DNA of 64,000 bases from an uncultured delta proteobacterium (GTDB taxonomy: Bacteria > Myxococcota_A > UBA9160 > UBA4427). Position 1 is the stretch's first letter, and each line of letters begins with the position of its first letter. A program made the translations under genes and the position numbers. Positions 47,514 through 56,235 of this stretch are shown here, piece after piece. Location: contig CAWGJT010000006.1 of assembly GCA_963822965.1 (NCBI GenBank), positions 64,001 to 128,000 on the forward strand, given 5' to 3'. Below the pieces are notes generated by a model, which worked only from the letters and a program-made list of their open reading frames with translations, did no database searches and was not told the DNA's origin.

Positions 47514-48421
47514 TCAGAACCGCACCCGACACTTGAGGCCCGCGGAGAGCGCACGGTCCGGATTCGGCAGCTCCAGGCGGACGCCGAAGGTGCCGCTGGC
47601 CGCGTCCACCACCCGGTCCACGACGGTGACCGTCGCGGGATACTCGCCCGCCCACGGGCTCCTCGGGCAGACACCATGCCCGTGGCGCCCGGCTCGATGC
47701 GGCCCAGCGCGGAGACCGGCGCGAACACCTCCACGCGCAGCGGGTCGATCTGGGCGAGCTCCAGGATCTGCGGCGGGTCGGCGTACTCGCCGGGATTCCG
47801 GATCACCTTCACGACCACGCCCTTGACGGTGCTGCGAAGGCTCCGCTGGGCGAGCGCGGCCTCGGCGCGCCGAAGCTCGAGCTTCGAGAGGGTCCGGTCC
47901 TCCCGGGCCTTGCGGACCGACGCCTCGGCGACGAGCCGGGCGCTCTCGATCTCCTCGAAGACGCCGTCGGACACCACGCCCTCGGTGCGCAGGTGCTCGT
48001 TGCGCTCCATGCGCCGCTTCTCGAACTCGAGCCGCGCCAGGCTGCCCTGCAGCTCGGCGTCCGCCGCCTGGCGCGCTCGCGCCATCTCCACCGTGGCCTT
48101 CTCCACGCCCGACTCGAGCGTGGCCACGAGCTGTCCCTCCTCGACGAAGTCGCCGCGTTCGACGAGCACCTCGTCGACGACCCCCACCACCGGTGCCGAG
48201 AGCACCACGTGACGCCGGGGCTCGAGCAGGCAGTCGAACTCGAGGGGCGCCTCGGCCACGCCGGGCAGCTCCTGGCCGGCCACAGGCGGTGCGGCCAGGA
48301 CGAGCCCGACCGACACGAGCACGGTGCCGGCGAGCCCGGCGAGCCATCGCCGCCGGATGCCACCGCGGCGCGGACGCCGGTCGCTTCGCGCGCTGCGTCG
48401 GCTGCGGGCCGTGGCGCGCAT
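47514..48421 (-). CDS. RND-type periplasmic adaptor (membrane fusion protein); apparent frameshift near 47660
   Basis: FDCLLEP, VLVERGDFVEEGQLVATL, coiled coil, IDPLRVEV, VVDAASGTFGVRLELPNP. Confidence 0.85.
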
Positions 48422-48481
48422 CGCTCTCCTTCCATGGGGACCCTTGGGGCTGCTCGGGGCGCTTCGCGGACGGTCGTTCGG

Positions 48482-50529
48482 TCAATCGGGCCTCCCCGAG
48501 AAGGCGAGCAGGGTATCGAGTTGGTCGTCCATCTTCAGCAGGTCGCGCCGGATGCGGGCGTGCAGGCGTCCGGCCCGGCGCTGGGCCTGGGCCAGCGCGA
48601 CGCGCCCGGCGAGGCCGGCGAGGCGTGCCGGCGCGTACCGGACCGCACGCGCGAGCCGACCTCCGTGCACGCTGCAGAGCTCGTCCTCGAGCGAGACGAT
48701 GGCCTCGCAGCTCCCCGGGTCGCCCTGGCGCGCACAACGCCCGAAGAGCTGCCGATCGATGCGCGCCGAGTCGTGTCGCTCGGTGGCGAGCACGTGCAGA
48801 CCCCCGCACGCGGCGACGCCCTCCCCCAGCGCGATGTCGGTTCCGCGTCCGGCCATGTTCGTGGCCACGGTGACGCGGCCCGGCTCGCCGGCGCCCGCGA
48901 CGATGTCCGCCTCTTCCGCGTCCTGCCGCGCGTTCAGCACCCGATGCGGCACCCCGCGCGCGGCGAGCCGCGCCGACAGCTGCTCGGAGGCTGCCACCGA
49001 GCGCGTCCCGACGAGGACCGGCCGCTCCTCGGCGTGCAGCCCGGCGATGCGATCCGCGACCGCCTGCCACTTCGCCTCGCTGCTCGGGAGCACGCGCTCG
49101 CCGGCGAACGAGCGCCGACAGGGCCGGTGGGTGGGGATCGTCACCACCGCCAGCCGGTACGTGTTCCACAGCTCGGCGGCCACCTCGCGTCCGGTCCCGG
49201 TCATGCCCGCCAGACGCCGATAGCGCCGGAAGAAGCGCTGGTAGCTGATGCGCGCGCGAGCGTCCCGACGCCCGGTCAGCGAGACGCCCTCCTTGCGCTC
49301 GATCATCTGGTGCAGGCCGTGCTCCCAGGAGCGGTCCGGCATCAGCCGTCCCGTGTACTCGTCGACGATCTGCACCGCGTCGTCCACCACCAGATAGTGT
49401 TGATCGCGCTGGAAGAGGTGCAGGGCCGAGAGCGCCTGCCGCACCAGCTGCTCGCGCCTGCGCGGCCCCCGGAAGAGCCCACCCAGGGGCTCGAGCGTCT
49501 CCTGCAGCACCTGCGAGCCGGCTTCGGTGATGCGGACCTGCCGCTCGGACTCGTCGATCCGGAAGTGGAGCCCCTGCGCCAGCGACCGGGCCGCCGCCAC
49601 CGCGTGCCCGTAGACCTCTTCCTCGCCTGCGTCCTGGTTCTGCTCCGAGATGATGAGCGGCGTGCGCGCCTCGTCGATGAGGACGCTGTCGGCCTCGTCG
49701 ACGATCGCGAAGTGGAGCCCGCGGTGGATGAGCCGGGCGGCCCGCCCCGGCGCGCCGGACAGCTCCTCGAGCTGCAGGCTGCGCCGGCTCGGATGCCCCC
49801 CGAGCACGATGCGGTCCTTCAGGTAGTCGAACGCCACCTCCTTGTTGGTGCAGTAGGTGACGTCGCACGCATACGCCTCGCGGCGGGCGGCCGGCTCCAT
49901 GCCGGAGACGACGACCCCCACCGACAGGCCGAGCGCCGCGTAGACGGGCCCGAGATGCTCGGCGTCCCGCTGCGCCAGGTAGTCGTTCACCGTGATCACG
50001 TGCACGGGGACGCCCGCCAGCGCCGCCGTGCAAGCCGGCAGGGTGGCCGTGAGCGTCTTGCCCTCGCCGGTCTGCATCTCCGCGACCTGGCCCCGCAGCA
50101 GCACCCAGCCACCCATCAGCTGGACGTCGTAGTGGGCGGTGCCCAGGCTGCGACGCGCCACCTCCCGCACGATGGCGAAGCTTCGAGCCGCGACGTCGTC
50201 GCGATAGCCGAAGCGGGCGAGGCCACGCCGCAGCGTCCGAACCGCATCGTCGAGCGCCGCGGAGGACAGGGAGGCGAGGCCGTCGGCCTGCTCGTCCACC
50301 CGCGCCGGAACCCGGGCAAAGCCTCCTCCCCCCAGGACCGCTCGTGGAAGCGCCGAGCGAACGGCGAGACCGCCCGCAGCCCGAGCTCGTCGAGCTTCGA
50401 GAGCCGCTCCTCCTGGCGCTCGGGATAGGCGCCGCGCACCACGCCTCGCGAAAGCCCCTCGCGCGGGCAGCGAGGGTCCGCGTCCTGCGCCCTTGCGGCC
50501 CCGGTCGAGACGAGGGGCGCGCTAGACAT
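48482..50529 (-). CDS. Accessory, C-terminally truncated SecA-like ATPase; apparent frameshift near 50300
   Basis: EMQTGEGKT, TVNDYLAQRD, VDEADS, GMTGT, ATNMAGRGTDI, RIDRQLFGRCARQGDPG; ends soon after the motor domains. Confidence 0.88.
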
Positions 50530-52669
50530 GGAACCGCGAAAGGAAGAGCTGCCGCAGGCGCCGGCTCCACTGGACACCCAGGGGCTCGTCGCCCAGATCG
50601 AAGCGGACGTAGACCCGGCCGCCCGCGTTGACGACCGCCTGGGAGGCCGGCACCGCGAGCTCCACCTCGAACATCCGCTGGACCGCCCGTTCGCCGCGCG
50701 GATCGCGGGGATCGACGGGCACGGCCCCTCCGCCGCCGCTCCCGAGCACGCTGCTCGGAAGGCGGTCGCTGGCGGCCGGCACCACGCGCACGACCTCGGC
50801 GTCGTGGATCGTGCCCAGATCCTGGGCCATCCGGACCACCGCGCGCCGCAGCCGGCGGCCGACGAGGTGGACGTCGTCCTGCGCGACGACGGCGCGCACG
50901 CTCACCGTGTCGAGATCCACCACGTGGGCCAGCAGCGTGCCCTGGGAGACGAAGCGTCCCGGCAGGTCGTCGGGGCGCTCCACCACGAAGTGCCCGCTCG
51001 CCCGGGCGCGGATGGCGAGCGCCGCGTGGCGTTCCTCGGCACGGGCCAGGCTCTGGCGCGCGTAGGCGAGCTCGTCCTCGCTGACCTGGGCCTCGAAGAT
51101 GTCCGCGGCGCGCAAGGCCGCGACGCGCGCCTCCAGCTCCTTCACCCGGGCCGCCAGCGAGACCCGGCGGGTCTCCAGCTCCGGGTCGGCGAGCTGGATG
51201 AGCAGATCCCCGGGCTCGACCCGGGCGCCGGGAGGCGCCACGACCGCCGACACGAAGCCCTCGCTCCCCGCACGGACGAAGGCCTCCTCGGGAATCCACA
51301 CGACGCCCTCGGCGCGGGCGCGCAAGGGAGCCGGAACGAACGCCAGGCCGCCGACGACGGCGATCGCGGCGCCGGCGCAGACCGCCACCGCCCGGGTGCG
51401 CACCGGGCGCAGCGAGGGCGACGTGAACAGGAAGCGCAGCCCCCGGTAGAGCGGAACCCCGATCCAGCCCACGCCCGCCGCGAGCCCCAGCAGCAGCCCG
51501 ACGAAGAAGAACTGGTCGAGGATCCACGTCAGGATCGCCACGACGATCAGCGTCCGGTACACGAAGGCCGCCACCGTGAAGCCCACGAGCCAGGGGCGCT
51601 CGCCCGGTGCGGTGTGGGGGGCCTCGGCCTCTCGATTGCCGAACAGGTAGCGCTCGGCGAGCCAGGCCACGAAGCGGCTGCCGCGGGTCCGCAGGTTCGG
51701 GATCTCCGTGAGGTCCGAAAGGATGTAGTAGCCGTCGAAGCGCAGGAGCGGGTTGGCGTTGAAGAGCAGCGTGGTCGCCCCGCCGATCAGCAGGACGTTG
51801 TAGGCCACCGCCCGGACGGCGCCGGGCTCGGCGCCGAGCCATACGTAGAAGGCGAGCGAGGCCAGGAAGACCTCCACGAGCATGCCGCCGGCGCCCACCA
51901 GGGCGCGCTGCATCTTGTTCGCGAAGGCCCACGACGCCGAGGCGTCCACGTAGGGCACCGGCGTGAACACCAGGAACATCACGCCCATGTCGTGGACCTG
52001 TCCGCCGAAGTGCTTCACGGCGATGCCGTGACCGAGCTCGTGCAGCAGCTTGAGCGCGGGGAAGACCAGCCAGATGGCGAGCAGGTTTCCCGGGGTGAAG
52101 AGCCGGTCGAGCACGTCCTGGCTGAGCTCGCTCCAGTGCACGCCGACGAGCACGGCGGCGGGCACCACGACCGCCAGCCAGAGGAGCGCCCCCAGCCAGC
52201 CGAAGAACGGCCGTACGAAGGGCTCCGCCGCCGTGAGGAAGCGCTCGGGGTCGGCCAGGTGCACCCGCACCGCGAAGGGGCTCGCCAGCTGCCCGCGCAG
52301 CTGCTGGGTCTCGTGTCGCCGGTTCCGCTCGAAGAGCTCGAGGGCGTCCGGCGGCACGTTCGCCTGCAGCATGTCCGCGGCGTGCAGCTCGCCCAGCAGG
52401 TGGATCAGCTCGTCCTGGGTGGGCGCTTCGTCGCCCAGGGCGTCGGCGGCGGCCCGCCAGAGCTCGTCCACCGTGCGGCGCCCGTCCATCCCCCCGATCA
52501 CGTGGTGGGCGCTCGGGGGGAAGCGATGAAAGCGCTCGTTGGCGGCGTCCTGCAGCACGTACCACACCTCGCCGCGGTACTGCTGCCGGTGGACGCGGGC
52601 GTGGGCGCGGAGCCGCGGCACCAGGTTCTTCACCCGGTACCAGGAACCGCTGAAGAGACTCTCGGACAT
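50522..52669 (-). CDS. PqqD/RRE-like + site-2 (M50) intramembrane metalloprotease + HlyD-like fusion
   Basis: N-terminal WYVLQD...MDGRRTVDELW; HELGH; NANPLLRFDGYY; C-terminal lipoyl-like and coiled-coil adaptor region. Confidence 0.85.
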   Translation of the reverse strand: MSESLFSGSWYRVKNLVPRLRAHARVHRQQYRGEVWYVLQDAANERFHRFPPSAHHVIGGMDGRRTVDELWRAAADALGDEAPTQDELIHLLGELHAADMLQANVPPDALELFERNRRHETQQLRGQLASPFAVRVHLADPERFLTAAEPFVRPFFGWLGALLWLAVVVPAAVLVGVHWSELSQDVLDRLFTPGNLLAIWLVFPALKLLHELGHGIAVKHFGGQVHDMGVMFLVFTPVPYVDASASWAFANKMQRALVGAGGMLVEVFLASLAFYVWLGAEPGAVRAVAYNVLLIGGATTLLFNANPLLRFDGYYILSDLTEIPNLRTRGSRFVAWLAERYLFGNREAEAPHTAPGERPWLVGFTVAAFVYRTLIVVAILTWILDQFFFVGLLLGLAAGVGWIGVPLYRGLRFLFTSPSLRPVRTRAVAVCAGAAIAVVGGLAFVPAPLRARAEGVVWIPEEAFVRAGSEGFVSAVVAPPGARVEPGDLLIQLADPELETRRVSLAARVKELEARVAALRAADIFEAQVSEDELAYARQSLARAEERHAALAIRARASGHFVVERPDDLPGRFVSQGTLLAHVVDLDTVSVRAVVAQDDVHLVGRRLRRAVVRMAQDLGTIHDAEVVRVVPAASDRLPSSVLGSGGGGAVPVDPRDPRGERAVQRMFEVELAVPASQAVVNAGGRVYVRFDLGDEPLGVQWSRRLRQLFLSRFHV

Positions 52670-54573
52670 CAGGGCAGCCAGCTCCACAGCGTCAGCCGCA
52701 GCCAGTCGACCACGTCGTGGGTCCAGATCCAGATCAGGCGCCGGCGATCGATCTCGATCTTGCCCACGCCCTCCATGCCGGGCTGCAGGTCGGCGGGTGT
52801 CTCGTCGAGGCTCGCCTCGACCCGGAACGTGTTTCGTCCCTCCCCGGCCGTGGAGACGGGCGTGATCTGCAGGACGGTGAACGCCAGGGGCTCGGCGGGA
52901 AACGCCGAGAAGATCAGGCTCCCCCGTTGTCCCACGGCGATCTCGTCGACGTCGCGCTCGTCCACCTGGAGGGCCACCCGGTACTCCTCGAGCGGCGCCA
53001 CCTCGTAGAGGAGCTGCCCGCGCTGCACGGGTGCGCCGAGCTGCTGGCTGAGGTCGCCCGTCACCACGATGCCCGCGAACGGCGCGCGCAGGACCATCTT
53101 GTCGAGCTGGTCCTCGACCAGGGACAGCTGCGCCCTCGCCTGCTCCATCTGGGCGCTGTAGATGCGGACCTCGGCGGCGTTTCGCTCGGCCATGGCCTGG
53201 CGGTACTGCTTGGTGACCTGCTCGAGCTGGCTCGCCCAGCGGCTGCGCTCGAGGCGGATCTCCCGGTCGTCGAGGGTCGCGAGCAGATCGCCCTGCGCCA
53301 CCCGGTCGCCGGCGCGCGCCGGGGCCTCGGCGACGAATCCGTCGAAGGGCGCTACCGCCGCCCGCAGCAGGCGCGCCTCGAGGATGGCGTCCGCCGTCAC
53401 GCGGTAGTCGGCGTGCAGCACGCAGAGCGCCAGCACGAGCAGCACCGCGGCGGCGGTGCCGAGCTTCAGCGCCACGTGCCGCGGGCCCACCAGACGCGTC
53501 CCGAGCTCGCGCGTCGCATCCAGCACCTTGGCGGGAAGCCAGCGGTCCTCGCGGCGTTGCACCTCGAGCAGCGGACCGGCGATGGAGACGGCGGTCTCGA
53601 TGCGACGGAGCTCGCTCGCGACGAAGGGACGGTCCCCCGACCGCTCCAGGGTCACCACGGCGCAGAAGCGATCGCCGTGGGCGACGGGAATCGAGCACGC
53701 GGTGCCCTCTCCCTCGTCCTCGCGCCCGCTCTCGCAGAGCTTCGCGTGACAGCGGGTGATGCGCGCGTCGTCGCCGGCCGGCGGCGGGTGCACGACGGTG
53801 CTCTCCTGGTCGAGGGCCTCCTCCATGGCCGCCTCGAGCGCCCGCACGAGATTGGCGCGCTCGCTGAAGAGCGCGCTGTGCGAGACGGCCTGGAGGCGCA
53901 CGCGCCCGCGCCACACGGAGCCGAAGGCGGCGCGGTCGCAATGGAAGCGGGCGGCCAGCTCGGTGACGAACGCCGTGGCCGCCGCGCGGAAGTGCTCGTG
54001 CTCGAGGGGCGTGGCGACGAGCTGCAGAACCTCGGCCGCCTCGGCCGCCGCCGCCGGACCCGAGCGCGCGCGGAGCGCGGCCAGTTCGAGCCAGCCCGTG
54101 CCCCAGGAGAGCTGCCGCAGCGCCTGCTCGAGCTGTACCGCGGGCCGCGGCGCCAGCTCCAGCACCACGGCGCCCCAGGCCTCGCCGTCCACCTCGACGG
54201 GCTGCGCGAGGCAGGTGCGCGAGACCGCATCGCGCCCCGGCAGCGGCTCCAGCTCGAGAGCCAGGGCGCGCCCCTCGACCAGGGCCTTCTCGGCTGCCTT
54301 CGCCAGCGCGCCGCTGGGAACCTCGCCCGCCGGCCAGGTCGCCCAGGTCGAGAGGACGTCGCTCTCCCGGCGTGCCAGCACCACGCCGCGGGTCACGTCG
54401 GGGATCCAGAGACACTGGAGCGCGAGCCAGCTCTCCGCGAAGGCCTCGGGCGTCTCCGCCCCGCGAAAGGCGGCCCACAAGGCGCGCAGGTCGGCGGCCG
54501 CTCCCGGGGGCCGCAGGGCACGCACGCTTCCCGCGGCGTTTCCCGTCGTGTCCAGGGAGTCGATGGAGGCCAC
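52669..54573 (-). CDS. GAF-like domain + HlyD-family adaptor protein
   Basis: N-terminal GAF-like regions (ACSIPV...AVVTLER), TM, APFDGFV...RAGDRVAQGDLL, LRAPFAGIV, LQPGMEGVGKI. Confidence 0.85.
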   Translation of the reverse strand: MASIDSLDTTGNAAGSVRALRPPGAAADLRALWAAFRGAETPEAFAESWLALQCLWIPDVTRGVVLARRESDVLSTWATWPAGEVPSGALAKAAEKALVEGRALALELEPLPGRDAVSRTCLAQPVEVDGEAWGAVVLELAPRPAVQLEQALRQLSWGTGWLELAALRARSGPAAAAEAAEVLQLVATPLEHEHFRAAATAFVTELAARFHCDRAAFGSVWRGRVRLQAVSHSALFSERANLVRALEAAMEEALDQESTVVHPPPAGDDARITRCHAKLCESGREDEGEGTACSIPVAHGDRFCAVVTLERSGDRPFVASELRRIETAVSIAGPLLEVQRREDRWLPAKVLDATRELGTRLVGPRHVALKLGTAAAVLLVLALCVLHADYRVTADAILEARLLRAAVAPFDGFVAEAPARAGDRVAQGDLLATLDDREIRLERSRWASQLEQVTKQYRQAMAERNAAEVRIYSAQMEQARAQLSLVEDQLDKMVLRAPFAGIVVTGDLSQQLGAPVQRGQLLYEVAPLEEYRVALQVDERDVDEIAVGQRGSLIFSAFPAEPLAFTVLQITPVSTAGEGRNTFRVEASLDETPADLQPGMEGVGKIEIDRRRLIWIWTHDVVDWLRLTLWSWLP

Positions 54574-54618
54574 GGTGCGGAGTCTATCGCTTGTGGGGGA
54601 GGCGCGGCGCGGGGCGCA

Positions 54619-54924
54619 TCAGCGGCCGTCGGGCGCGGGTCGCTCGATGGCCAGCGCGCCGAAGCGGCGCTCGTAGTCGGCGATCGCTCCGTTCAGCAGG
54701 CGCGCCAGGCGCTTGGCCGCATAGGGGCTCAGGATCAGACGGTCCGAGACGCGGACCGTGACGGGCTGCCCCGCTCCCTTCCAGCCCTGGTTGGTTCCGA
54801 AGACGACCACCACCTCTTCGCGCGTGCTGGCGACGTTGCAGACGTTCGCGTAGGTGGTCCGCATCGCGGCGTCGTCCCAGACCACGCCCGGACGCGGGAT
54901 GGGCACCTCGTGACTCACGGCCAT
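54619..54924 (-). CDS. DUF3467-like small protein (copy 2)
   Basis: YANVCNVASTREE, ILSPYAAKRL, YERRFG. Confidence 0.8.
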   Translation of the reverse strand: MAVSHEVPIPRPGVVWDDAAMRTTYANVCNVASTREEVVVVFGTNQGWKGAGQPVTVRVSDRLILSPYAAKRLARLLNGAIADYERRFGALAIERPAPDGR

Positions 54925-55102
54925 GATCGACTCTCCCGTCCTCTCCGCGGGCCCGGACCGAGCTCCGGGCGCGAGGGCACGTGGCCCTCCCGGATAGTGA
55001 CGCTGCGGGGACGGAAATGTCGGGAGCTGCGCACGCCCTGCCTGCGGACTGCGCAGCTCGCACGGCCGGACGCGCGTGACGGCAGCGGCCGACGACGACG
55101 CT

Positions 55103-55408
55103 TCAGTTCGTCTGCCCGGGCGGCGCCGAAGGCACCACGTCGAGCGCGCCGAAGCGGCTCTCGTACTGGGCGATCACGTTGGCGAGCAGCATGGACAGGC
55201 GCTTCGCCGCGAAGGGGCTCATGATGATGCGATCCGAGAGATCGACCGTCACCTCGGCCTCGTTTCCCTGCCAGGCCTGGTTCGTCCCGAAGAGCACGAT
55301 CACCTCTTCCCGGGTGCTCGAGACGTTGCACACGTTCGCATACGTGCTGCGCATGTCCGCGTCGTTCCAGACCACCTTCGGCGTCTTCGTCTTGGCTTGC
55401 TCTGCCAT
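55103..55408 (-). CDS. DUF3467-like small protein (copy 1)
   Basis: YANVCNVSSTREE, IMSPFAAKRL, YESRFG; ATG after GAGGAG. Confidence 0.8.
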   Translation of the reverse strand: MAEQAKTKTPKVVWNDADMRSTYANVCNVSSTREEVIVLFGTNQAWQGNEAEVTVDLSDRIIMSPFAAKRLSMLLANVIAQYESRFGALDVVPSAPPGQTN

Positions 55409-55494
55409 GCGTTCTCCTCGTGGGTTCGAGCTCCTGGGAGCGAGGGCGGGCAGTATTCCACGTCGAGAGACCCGCGGAAAGCGGGCCGCGGTCG

Positions 55495-56228
55495 TCACAC
55501 CGGCTCTTCGACGCTCCGGGCCGTACGCGTCACCTCGGCTTCGGCACGACGCACGTAGCGGGGCGCGAGGTCGGGTGGTGCGGTCTCGTTGCGAAGGAGC
55601 CGCGCGATCGCCAGCCGCCCGACGCTGCCGGCGTCGGGCGCCGCCTGCTCCGGCGAACGTTCCTCGAGCCGGACCACGCGACCGCCCGCGCGGCGCCGGA
55701 GCTCCTCGCCATACAACAGCGCTCCCTCGCCCACCAGCCGGCAGCCCGAGGGCAGATGCGGCGCCAGCTCCGCCGGCGCGAAGAGCCCCTCCGCCAGGTC
55801 CACCCGCAGCGCCGAGACCTCGGGGACGAAGATCGCCGCGTACACCTCGCCACGACGCGCGTCGAGCAACGCCGCCACGGGATCGCGATCCCCGGGCGCG
55901 AGCGCGCCGAAGGCCAGGGCCTCCAGGGTCGGCACCGCGACGATCGGCCGCCCGGAGCCCAGGGCCACGCCCTTGGCCGTGGCGAGCCCCACCCGCAGGC
56001 TCGTGAACGAGCCGGGCCCGATGGAGACGCCGATGGCGTCCACGTCCGAGACCGGACGGCCGGCGTCTGCGAAGAGCGCGTCGAGCAGGGGCAGGATGCG
56101 CTCGGCGTGGTGCCCCTCGAGCGCGGGCCGGCGCAGCGCGATCGTTCGATCGCCCCTGGACGAGGGCGACGCTGAGCTGCGCGGTGGCCGACTCGATGGC
56201 CAGGACGAGCGGATCTCCCTCGGCTCAT
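55495..56228 (-). CDS. tsaB: tRNA t6A biosynthesis protein TsaB (apparent frameshifts)
   Basis: LAIESAT, HAERILP, GPGSFTSLRVG, LDARRGEVY, PRYVRRAEAE. Confidence 0.88.
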
Positions 56229-56235
56229 GAGGAGG

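Noticed and set aside
54925..55102. RiPP precursor peptide for the PqqD-like/M50 protein
   Set aside because: No convincing small ORF with RBS and no modifying enzymes in the cluster
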